This document shows, piece after piece, positions 27,359 through 37,580 of a stretch of DNA of 64,000 nucleotides. The DNA lies in NCBI GenBank assembly GCA_951406725.2, contig OX597819.1:60636001-60700000 (forward strand), in the 5' to 3' direction. A program made the position numbers and the translations under genes. Source of the stretch: Octopus vulgaris (taxonomy: Eukaryota). Every line of letters starts with the position of its first letter. The stretch's first letter is position 1. The notes beneath the pieces were generated by a model. That model did no database searches and had not been told where the DNA came from. It was given only the letters and a program-made list of their open reading frames with translations.

Positions 27359-27434
<76 letters not shown>
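27178..27434. repeat. Long compound (TA)/(TG) microsatellite, representative of many (e.g. 17187-17345, 26578-26700, 46475-46790)
   Basis: Directly visible; source of the [12 protein letters not shown] ORFs. Confidence 0.95.
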
Positions 27435-27435
<1 letters not shown>

Positions 27436-27796
27436 CATCATCGTTTAACGTCCGTTCTCCATGCTAGCATGGGTTGGACAGTTCGACCGGGGATCTGGGA
27501 AGCCAGAAGGCTGCACCAGGCTCCAGTTTTATCTGGCAATGTTTCTACAGCTGGATGCCCTTCCTAACGCCAACCACTCCGTGAGTGTAGTGGGTTCTTT
27601 TTACATGCCACCCGCACAGATGCCAGGCGAGGCTGGCAACGGCCACGGTTGGATTGGTGCAATTTACGTGCCACCGGCACGGAAGCCAGTCGAGGCGGTG
27701 CTGGCATCGGCCACGATTCGGATAGTGCTTTTTACGTACCACCAGTCCAGGGGTCCTGGCATCTGCCGGGTGCCAGTCATATGTATATATATATAT

Positions 27797-28190
27797 ACTC
27801 CTTTACTCTTTTACTTGTTTCAATCATTTGACTGTGGCCACATTGGTACATCGCCTTTAGTCGAGCAAATCACCTCCAGGACTTATTCTTTGTAAGCCTA
27901 GTACTTATTCTATTGGTCTCTTTTGCCGATCCACTAAGTTACGGGGATGTAAACACACCACCATTGGTTGTCAAGCAATGGTGGGGGAACAAACACAGAC
28001 ACACAAACATACACACACACACACATATACACATATACGATGGACTTCTTTCAGTTTCCGTCTACCAAATCCACTCACAAAGCGTTGGTTGGCCCAAGGC
28101 TACAGTAGAAGACACTTGCCCAAGGTGCCACGCAGTGGGTCTGAACCCGGAACCATCTGGTTGGTAAGCAAGCTACTTACCACACAGCCA
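27797..28190 (-). mobile_element. SINE family A
   Basis: Reverse complement of consensus. Confidence 0.85.
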
Positions 28191-28478
28191 TATATATATA
28201 CATATATATCTTCTTTTCATCATTGGTGTGTTGTGCACACCTTTCATCACTATAATCTAAAGCAGGGGTCACCAAGCTTTTTTTCACGGTGGGCCAGATA
28301 ACTGAGAGGATGACGAGTATGGGCCACAGAACCATTTTGTTCAATACAATATGGTGAATAAACAAAAAATAAAAGCAACCAACATATTCATTTACCAAAA
28401 AGTTATCAAAGAAGGCAACATTACATTATTTACATTATTTACATTTGACGGATATTTGTCCTCATCTTTTTTGTTGTT

Positions 28479-28524
28479 AACACAACATTTCGGCTGATAT
28501 ACTCTCCAACCTTCATCAGGTGTC
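28479..28524 (-). ncRNA. Minimal type I hammerhead ribozyme motif (decayed), mirror copy
   Basis: Minus strand reads gacac CTGATGA a ggttgg agagtata tcagcc GAAA tgtt gtgtt. Confidence 0.65.
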
Positions 28525-28760
28525 TTGGGGAAATTTCGAACCTGGTCACAAGGTATTTTTCGATATTATTATTATTATTATTATTATTGTTCAATTCACT
28601 GCCTGGAATCGAACTCGGAATCTTGGGGCTGTCTACGCTCTTAACCCCAAGATTCCAAATTCGATTCCAGGCAGTGAACTGAATAATAATAATAATAATA
28701 ATAATGATGATAACAAAAAATACCTTAGGAATGAGAACCCAGGTTCAAAATTTCCCCCAA

Positions 28761-28806
28761 GACACCTGATGAAGATTGGAGAGTATATCAGCCGAAACAT
28801 TGTGTT
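28761..28806 (+). ncRNA. Minimal type I hammerhead ribozyme motif (decayed)
   Basis: stem I gacac/gtgtt, core CTGATGA, stem II gattgg..tcagcc, GAAA, stem III reads ACAT here (ACGT inferred from the mirror copy). Confidence 0.65.
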
Positions 28807-30711
28807 AACAACAAACAAGATTATAAATAATGTAAATAATGTACATAATTCCTCATCTCTTAAATATAGAACTGAAAGGCAACATTAGCAATAAGATAGT
28901 TATATCACACACAATGCACACATATCCAAACCTTACAAACTAAGCATCAAAAATGGTTAGTGAGATTTGTGAAACTGGTGTTTAGCTTTTAAGATATCAT
29001 CAATATTTGCTTTGGAATTGCTGCATCCAACCAAGAGAATTACTTTCAAATATTCGTCAGTCAACCTCATTCGATGTGCTGCCTCCACATCATTTTTGAA
29101 AATGTTTGCTCACAGACATAAGTTGTTCCAAACACTGATGCCAAACCAGAGACAAATGAACTCTCATTGCAGGTACTTACACAAAAGGTACAGTGCAGCG
29201 CAAGCTGGTTGAACTGACCTCACTGGCCTGATCTGGCCCATGGGCCATAGTTTAGTGACCTCTGATCTAAGGTGATATTTCTGATCTAGACCAGAGAGAA
29301 CACTTTGAACAGTGCTTCTCAAACGTTTTAGCTACTGCCCACTTTCTTTTAGTAACACTTTCAACATCCTCTTGCTATGGTTGAAGAAAATTTAATAATC
29401 ACAAAATTAGCCAACAGGTTAATCACCATTAAAAGACTACTTATACAAAGGTAATTCCATCATTATTATATGGAATGTCAAAACTCATTTCAACTCTAAT
29501 TACATTGCCAGATGTTTCATGCATAGAATAAAAATTGGAAATATTTTTGAAAATTAAGCTTAAAACATGCATCATTTAACCCCCTGCTGCCTTCTTTGTC
29601 CCTAGTACAATTTTCCCACCCCTTTCCCTAGTAGTGGGGTAGTACCACCCACAACTTATATTTCACCAACTTATATTTCATTTTATTTATCATATAGTCA
29701 GGAGGGAAGGAGTGTCTATGACCTTTTCAAAAGCCTCCGAGACTAATGGATGGAAGGTCATGGCTTAGTGTTTAGGGTGTCAAACTCATGATCATCAGAA
29801 TATGGTTTCAATTCTTGGACTGGGCGATGTGTTGTGTTCTTGAGCAAAACACTCCATTTCATGTTGTTCCAGTCCACTCAGGTGACAAAAGTGTGTAATC
29901 CTGCAATGAACTGGTGTCCCATCCTGGAGCAAAAATATATATGCTACAAAAAATAACTGGAAAACCATCCTTATGAGTCTATATGATTCAGGAAGAAGTT
30001 TTATTTTTTATCTTTTAAGACTGGTAGGAGGAAGGGAATAATGAAGATATTCTCAAACCAGAGACCTGGCATAAACATTTGCAGCAGAGCAGATCATGCT
30101 AAACGCAACCCAAGGTGTTAGGCAGAAGTGTTTAAGCAGTTGATGGATTAAGTCTATTATCAAAGTAAACTACAGTGGGATTTGAACTCAGAATGCAAAG
30201 ATTCAAAACAAATACCACAAGGCATCTGATCTGATGTTCTTACAGTTCTACCAAGCCTTGGATTGTAAATTTATTTTATTGACTCCAAAAGGAAAGGAGG
30301 CAAAGTTGAGCTTGACAAGATTTGAACTCAGAATATAAAGGAGCAGAACAAATACCACAAGGCATTTGACCTGATGTTCTTACAGTTCTGCCAATCTAAC
30401 AGTTTGGATTGGAACTTTATTTACCCCAAAAGATGAAAGATAAAAAGGGCTACAGCACAATTTGAACTCTGATTTTATTCATTTATTTGCATTGTATAAT
30501 TCTTATGTTGCTCTGGACATTCAACTCCTGATGGAGTAAATACCAGTTAAACAATGGGGATGAAATAATTGACTTACACCCTTCCTTGAATTTCCTGGTT
30601 TTGTGCCAAAATTCCAAAATATGAAGCCAATTTTTATATTTATTGCCTATATATTACCCATGTCCCTTTGAAGACTAATTTTATTTTCAATTTCTTTTTC
30701 GTCTATATCAG

Positions 30712-30859
30712 ATATGATGTCAATAAAGATAAATTTATTGATATTGAAGAATTAAAAGTCATGATGGAAAAACTAGGAGCACCACAGACACATTTAGCCT
30801 TAAAGGAAATGATTAAAGAAGTTGATGAAGATCAAGATAACAAAATTAACTTTAGAGAG
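30712..30859 (+). CDS. EFHD2: EF-hand domain-containing protein D (swiprosin-1/EFHD1-2 orthologue), internal coding exon (probable exon 2), EF-hands 1 and 2
   Basis: Pyrimidine tract + AG at 30710-30711, GTAAGT donor at 30860; phase-2 start; translates YDVNKDKFIDIEELKVMMEKLGAPQTHLALKEMIKEVDEDQDNKINFRE, matching the EFHD signature MMEKLGAPQTHL..K.MIKEVDED; two 12-residue EF loops DVNKDKFIDIEE and DEDQDNKINFRE. Confidence 0.95.
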
Positions 30860-31119
30860 GTAAGTGATATATTTGATATGAATATTTAGATTTCCAAAGC
30901 ATATTAAATGTGCACATGCATGTGTGCATGCATGCATGCACACACACACACACACAAATATATACATATATTCATGCATGTTAATTATGGGTGTGGTAGA
31001 TGTAATAAGGAAAATTTCAGTATGTTTGTTGTTGGATAAGTAATATAGTAACTTTGGTTTTTTTATATACAAAAGCCTATGGTCAGATTTAATGTACAGT
31101 CAACTGAATTAAATCAACT

Positions 31120-31484
31120 GGATTTAATTTGACCGACATTTAAAAAATAATTTTTTGTAACTAAACACTTTCAAACTTTGGACACTGGTAGAATGTGTCA
31201 TATAAAACATCTTTTACTCTTAGCATTTTTGAGAAAACTTTATATTTAGGAAGTTATTTCATGTTAAAGTTGTAGTAATTTTATTCAACTGAATACAAGT
31301 CATTGATTGGTTGAAATTACTGAAATACAACATTAACGTGAAATAACTTCCTAAATATAAGGTTTTCTCAAAAACACTAAGAGTACAAGATATTTTATGA
31401 CACATTCTACCAGTGTCCAAAGTTTGAAAGTGTTTAGTTACAAAAAATTATTTTTAAAATCTGTTGGTCAAAAGGTAAAGATCC
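31120..31484. mobile_element. Foldback MITE with about 150-bp inverted arms (possibly Mutator-like)
   Basis: Arms 31120-31282 and 31313-31484 are reverse complements; flanking direct repeat aatcaact/aatcaacc. Confidence 0.75.
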
Positions 31485-32653
31485 AATCAACCTGTTATTC
31501 ATACATTTTTAATCAGTAGTAGTGTTGTGTGTGTGTATGTAAGTGTGTGAGTGAGTGTGTTTGTGTGTGAGTGAGTGTGTGTGTGTGAGTGAAAGTGAAA
31601 ATGTGTATGTTTGTGTCTCCTTGTCTTGACAGTGTTTGATAGTTGTAAATGTATATCATTGTCATACATTGTCAATACCAGCATAATTAGAACTCAGATC
31701 ATAGAGAGAGACCAGTACAACAATTTAGTTAAGAAATTTGTTTCATAATCTTGTAGTTACAGGTTCAATTACACTGTTCAGCATATTGGAGGTGAGAGTT
31801 TCATATAATTGCGTCAAGTCAAATCCAAGTCTTGTAAAGGAGATTGGCTCAACAGAAACTCTGTGGAAGCCAACCAGATGGACAGTATGTGCTCTTTGGT
31901 AATATATATGATCTGTTCCCCAGTTTCTAGCCCCTAGGTGCCTTTAGGGGAGTCCATTTTGATGCAAACATTCAAATAGATTTCTTCCATTTTCACTACT
32001 AATCTTGGACGTTTTACAGAAAGATGATGCTATTGAAATTCTTTTAATTAACTGACACTCTGTTGGTTACGATGACAAGGGTTCCAGTTGATTGAATCAA
32101 CAGAACTTATAAAATTAACGTGCAAGTGGCTGAGTACTCCACAGACACGCGTACCCTTAATGTAGTTTGACTGCTTTTTTTATCATGTTGTTAAAGAAAT
32201 AATTGGTTTGTAAATATTTGTGTGTATTTTTTCTCACATTTTCTTATTGTAGCAGTAAAGCGTATTTGCTGTTATGTCCATTTTTGTTGCTATTTTTAAT
32301 TTTATAATTGTTTACTTGTTTGGTTAATTTTTCTGGTATTCATTCACCTTGTTCACAACATCTAAATTAATCATAAACTGCTGCACTAGTTTAAAGAAAA
32401 TACATATCCTTGTTCTGTTTCTAAACTAAATGTTACTCGTTTTTCAACCTTGTTCTTAATGTTAAATCCATTGTTTTCTTTTTATCTTACTTCTCATGCT
32501 TATTTCGGATTGTCTTGTTATTCTAATTATTCTAATTAATTGGTAGCCACATCCAAATTATAAATATTTCAACAAAACTTGTCACCATGTTTCTTGTGCT
32601 CAAATAAGACTGCAATATCAGCCAGAGAGCTTGTCTGTAAATATTTTACAAAG

Positions 32654-32733
32654 TTGCTATCTCTGTTATTTCTTTTATGGTTGCTATCTCTGTTATTTCT
32701 TTTATGGTTGCTATCTCTGTTATTTCTTTATGG
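32654..32733 (+). repeat. 27-bp tandem repeat, about three copies
   Basis: ttgctatctctgttatttcttttatgg repeated. Confidence 0.85.
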
Positions 32734-33189
32734 GTTAGATGAATATATTATAGAGGCATTGTTTTAGGACAAGACTAATACCTCAGACTTCAGATAGTAA
32801 AATCTCAGAAAAATAGCAAAGGGTATGCCTCTGGGTAATAGGCTGAAAGTTTGCATATGTATTACTTTGATACTTGCCTAGATGATGTTCTACTGTGATT
32901 AGATACACTTCATTTGTTCATCTTCCAGAGACATCTGAATGGTACTACCCAGGGGTCAAGCACACTTGAACTGCTGCATATGGCTATGAGTGACCCCACA
33001 ACAAAATCTAGGCCAACTTCATCAATGTCTTAGATTCAGTATCTAGTCTGTACCCCAACCTGTTGGTATTTCAAATTATCTTTGATAGTTAGGTAGAAAA
33101 ATAAGGGTGTGTTTTCGCCTTGTCAGTCATTTTGAATTTATAATTTGGTCATGAATAGATAATGTGGAAATTTAAATATTATGTTAAGT

Positions 33190-33581
33190 CAAATAAGCAA
33201 ATACAATCATTCATCAACAGATGCTTGTGTAGTATACTTAAAATTAGATGGCCCGAACACATAAGCAATATGGAGCTATGGCAAAAAACAAATCAAGTTT
33301 CAATTAGGGAGCAAATATTTAAGAAAAAGTGGAAATGGATTGGTAGCACAATTAGAAAAGACACACCAAATGTAGCGAAAAGTGCTTTACAGTGGAATCC
33401 AGATGGATATAGAAAGAAAGGTAGGCCTAAGAACTCGTGACGTAGATCAACACAAAAGGAACTAGAGAAAGGGGAACATTCATGGCAGAGTATAAGTATA
33501 GAAGCGAAAAATTATGCAACATGGAATTCAATTATAAGTGGCCTATACTCCGCATTGGAGGGTTAAAGGCAGAAAAAAAAA
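33190..33581 (+). mobile_element. RTE-clade LINE 3' end (5'-truncated) in an EFHD intron
   Basis: QIQSFINRCLCSILKIRWPEHISNMELWQKTNQ...WKWIGSTIRK...ALQWNPDGYRKKGRPKNS*RR; A-rich end at about 33571-33581. Confidence 0.85.
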
Positions 33582-34692
33582 TGTTTTTTTCATAGAACTA
33601 ACATTGTTCTTGTTGTTTACCATATTTAGTTTGCCTAGGCTTTATTCCCACTGAGTGAGAACATCCTCAATTTTTTCCTATGTCTGAGGTGTTAGTCTTG
33701 CCTTAAAGTCAAATGCTCTTTCTGTCACTAACCCTCATCTGTTTTTCAAGTAAGGTGTGGGTGGCACGTAAAAAGCACCCACTACACTCACGGAGTGGTT
33801 GGCGTTAGGAAGGGCATCCAGCCGTAGAAACACTGCCAGATCTGACTAGGCCTGATGAAGCCTTCTGGCTTCACAGACCCCAGTTGAACCGTCCAACCCA
33901 TGCTAGCATGGAAAACGGACGCTAAACGATGATGATGATGATGTGTCTCCTGTTTCACACATCTTTGAAAGCATGAAGTGAGCAAGTGATTTGTTTACAA
34001 GAGGAGTGAGATCAAAAGCACTCCTTGTTGCTCATGGCTTTCATGGAGAGCAGCTGTAAACACACAGACACACACATGTATAACAGGCTTCTTTTAGTTT
34101 CCATCTACTAAATTTGCCTACTAGGCTTTGGTTGGATTGGGGCTTTAGCAGAGAATACTTGCCAAAGGTGTCACTGGGACTGAAACCCAAGCCACATGAT
34201 TGGGAAGCATCAAACCAGTGGGTCAGTGTTTCACTCACAAGTATTCTATCATTAAATTATCTTCGTGCCAGAGATCTCACCCAGCTCATCCTCGTAAACA
34301 AAACATTTGAAAGCTCTACCATGACAATGTCCTATACATCAAAATATATTTATCTGTTTTAACATTTGTAGAACCAATATAAAAAATTGGCTATTGAAAT
34401 AATTTTTAAAAAGATGATGTTTTACAAGAAAACTTAATGATAAATATAACTAGAAAACATTCAGAAAGGTTGTGAATAATTAACTAAGAAATTAGCAATG
34501 ACGATATCATTGTAACACGTTATTAAAATTGAAAAATGTAACTTTACTTGTATGAAATCTTAATGAGTGAAATAATCAAATTTATGTATTATACACGATC
34601 AGATTTGTTTGTTGAATTTTTTAAATATATGAATTGTATCTGTTATTTTAATGAAGATTAAAAGTTAGAAAATTTTAATTTTATTGTTTCAG

Positions 34693-34830
34693 TTTCTCCT
34701 TATTTTCCGGAAAGCAGCTGCTGAAGAATTAAACACAGACAGTGGTCTATATGAGTTATATCAAAATGTATGGGAAATAGATGTGGACAAAGAAGGAGTG
34801 AAGGGTGCTAAAAACTTTTTCGAGGCCAAG
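34693..34830 (+). CDS. EFHD2: EFHD/swiprosin-1 coding exon (probable exon 3)
   Basis: tttcAG acceptor 34691-34692, GT donor 34831; phase 0 continues the previous exon; FLLIFRKAAAEELNTDSGLYELYQNVWEIDVDKEGVKGAKNFFEAK matches EFHD FLLIFRKAAAGEL...EIDV..EGVKGAK.FFEAK. Confidence 0.95.
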
Positions 34831-35843
34831 GTAAAAATTCCATTCTATATCTCTAAGTTGACAAAATGTAACAATTCAGATATATTTTTTAGAATGAAAT
34901 GTTATCTATATTTCTAAATTTAGTTAATTCAATGAATTGATACCTCAAGACTCTTATTAATATTCAGTAAATGGTTTGAAATTTGACTTGATATTGCATG
35001 TTAATTGTAAATAAATGGTACCAAAATCAAATTCGATGACTGGCATCTGTGCTAGCGGGGTGCAAAGAGCACCATACGAGTGTGATCGTTGACAGAGCAG
35101 CTAAACGGCTTCCGTGCCAGTGGCACATAAAAGGCACCGTTTGAGTGTGATCATTACCAGCGTGGCCTTAGTGGCACTTGTGCTCGTGCGAGTAGGGTAC
35201 TAAGAGCACCATCTGAGCATGATTGTTGCCAGAGAGCACCTTCTGAGCGTGATTGTTGCCAGAGTGGCCAACTGGCTTCTGTGCTGGTGGCACGTAAGAG
35301 GGCACCATTCCAGCGTGATCGTTACCACCGTCGCCTTACTAGCACTTGTGCCAGAGGCAGTCCTGCCTGACTGGTCCCCGTGCCGATAGAATAAGTACTA
35401 GGCTTACATAGAATAAGTCCTGTGGTCGATTAATTCAACTGAAGGTGGAGCTCCAGCATGGCTGCAGTCAAATGACTGAAACAAAAACTGCTTCGATATA
35501 TATTATAGATGTGTGTGTGTGTGTGTGTGTATAAAAGGCTTCTATGAAGGCTCCATCTACCAAATTTCACTAACAAGTCATTGGTTAGCTTGAGACTAGT
35601 AGAGAACTGGGATGGAATCTGAAACCACAGAATTGTGAAGCAAACTTCTTAACCATGCAACTAGGCTTGTGTTGATGTCTCTAAAGAAATTGTGTTAGAA
35701 TAGAAATTCAAGCATTAGATTGATATTCGTTGAGATAAAAATATGATTTGAAATTCCAGACATTTTATGTCAAATGAGAGATTCTCAGTGTTAGTAATAT
35801 ATCTAAAGTAGTTGCCTTCAATATCTTAAATCAAAATTCAGAT

Positions 35844-36190
35844 AGGCATAGGCATGGCTGCATGGTAAGAAGTTTGCTTCCCAGTCACACGATTCTGGGT
35901 TCAGTTCCACTGTGTGGCACCATGGGTTAGTGTTTTCTACTATAGCCATGGGCCGACCAAAGTCTTGTGAGTAGATTTGGTAGATGACTGAGAGAAGTCC
36001 ATCATGTGTGTGTGTGTGTGTGTGTTGGTGTCTGTTTGTCCCCTACCACTGTTTCACAACCAGTGTTGGTGTTTGAGACCAGTAGAATAAGTACCAAGCT
36101 TATCAAAAAATAAGTACTGGGGTTGATTCGTTCAACCAAAAATTCTTCAAGGCGGTGCCCCAGTATGAAACAAGTAAAAGATAAAAGATA
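35844..36190 (+). mobile_element. SINE family A (diverged)
   Basis: GGCATGGCTGCATGGTAAG head, GGATTTGGTAGA-like body, (TG)n, GAAACAAGTAAAAG tail. Confidence 0.75.
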
Positions 36191-36687
36191 AGATGGCTGC
36201 CTCATTAAGAAGGTCTCTTTGCAACCATGTGGATTTGCATTAAATAGGTGCAGCAATCCTTGTGCTAATTACTGCACTGCACTCAATGCAAACATCATCA
36301 GACAGTGATTAGAACAACCCTCATATATTATAAACTAATTAATTAGTGATTAATCCCAGTCGTCTCTGATCCACCATACGTTACAAAACTAGCTGATTCA
36401 ATGGTTGTCATAGCTCTTATTTCTATAATTGAAATGTCTTTAGATGTTATTTTTATTTTATCTACCTAAACAAGCTATCAAATTAAAACCAAAACCAACA
36501 GCACCAATTACGACTGTCTGGTCAAAATTTAGTCATTTCAAACAACCTTGTTGTTGTTGTTATTATTGTTTAGTCTTTGGTCAACTTTGATCAAGTACAT
36601 CTCTGGTCTGAGGTGTTCTAGCTATGATCATCACAACCTTTTGTATACTTGAGACAAGTACAAAGTGGGTTGTGTGATTAAGAAGCT

Positions 36688-36914
36688 TAACCTTTTCATT
36701 ACCAATCCGGTTGAAACTGACTCTGGTTCTGAGTACAAATGTCTTGTTTTCATAAGTTTTCAATTAAAATCTCCCACCAAACCTTAGTCACAATTTATGT
36801 TCCTAACACCAGCTGAACGATAACTAAGTTATTTTACTAAATTTTTTGTTATATTTAAAGTACTTGAAAGAAACACAGAGCATCTCAAAATAAATACAGT
36901 AATGAAAGGGTTAA
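36688..36914. mobile_element. piggyBac-type MITE (relatives near 4245-4483, 53860-54298, 63050-63274)
   Basis: TTAACCTTTTCATTAC...GTAATGAAAGGGTTAA termini. Confidence 0.6.
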
Positions 36915-37448
36915 GCAAGGATAAATCAAAGAATATATTTGAACTTTAATATTAGGGCTCAGTAAGGTAATGAGCTGGCAGAACCATTAGCACACTGGGT
37001 AAAATGCTTAGCAGCATTTCGTCTGTCTTTACGCTCTGAGTTCAAATTCTGCTAAGGTTGACTTTGCCTTACATCCTTTTGGCGGGGGGACAATAAAATA
37101 AGTACCAGTGGAGCACTGGAATCAATGTAATCAGCTAGCCCCTCTCCTGCATTTACTGGCCTAGTGCCAAAATTAGGGTGACCCGGTAGAGTTGTTAGCA
37201 TGCCAGACAAAATGCCAGTCAACTTTGCCTTTCGAGTCTTTTGGTGTCAGTGAAATAAGTATCTATCAAGCTCTGGGGATAATGTAATTAACTGGCCCTT
37301 CCTCCTAGCATTGTACTTATAATAGAAGGAATATTAGGGCTTAGTTGTTAACTTATTAATTCTGCCATTTCTATCCATGTTCACATTTCATTTGAACATG
37401 CAAATGTATTGTTTAATTAATGATTTCCACTTTTGTTTTTTCTTTTAG

Positions 37449-37580
37449 ATTGATGCTCAGTCATGGTCAAAGAAATTTGAAAATGAAATCAAGGAAGAAC
37501 AAGAGGAAAGAAAGAAGCAAGCAGAAGAAGCCAAAGAACGAAAGAAAGCATTTAAGGAAAAGGCTTCGGTGTTTCAGTAG
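37449..37580 (+). CDS. EFHD2: EFHD/swiprosin-1 last coding exon, C-terminal coiled coil
   Basis: ttttAG acceptor 37447-37448; IDAQSWSKKFENEIKEEQEERKKQAEEAKERKKAFKEKASVFQ then TAG (37578-37580); a different frame from the listed ORF 37420..37689. Confidence 0.93.
   Translation: MDAQSWSKKFENEIKEEQEERKKQAEEAKERKKAFKEKASVFQ

Larger units (their letters stand above)
28424..28875. mobile_element. Palindromic (head-to-head) short retroelement with tRNA-like head and Penelope-type hammerhead tail
   Basis: Two about 200-bp arms in inverted orientation; 12-bp direct repeat AAGGCAACATTA at 28412-28423 and 28876-28887; B-box-like GAGTTCGATTCC on minus arm; CTGATGA...GAAA motif in each arm. Confidence 0.75.
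28263..29264 (-). mobile_element. Internally deleted hAT (Charlie/SPIN-like) transposon hosting the palindromic element
   Basis: TIRs CAGGGGTCACCAAGCT / AGTTTAGTGACCTCTG; 8-bp TSD atctaaag/atctaagg; minus-strand remnant LASVFGTTYVCEQTFSKM...HRMRLTDEYLK (hAT dimerisation domain) at about 28957-29165. Confidence 0.85.

Noticed and set aside
33852-33870. CTGATGAAG inside a family B SINE (other isolated CTGANGA words at 41884, 46450, 56292)
   Set aside because: No stem II-GAAA-stem III arrangement; chance heptamers within SINE or LINE sequence
35040-35380. Repeat-spacer appearance suggesting a CRISPR array
   Set aside because: Eukaryotic context, degenerate repeats, related spacers, no cas genes; it is the internal repeat of SINE family B
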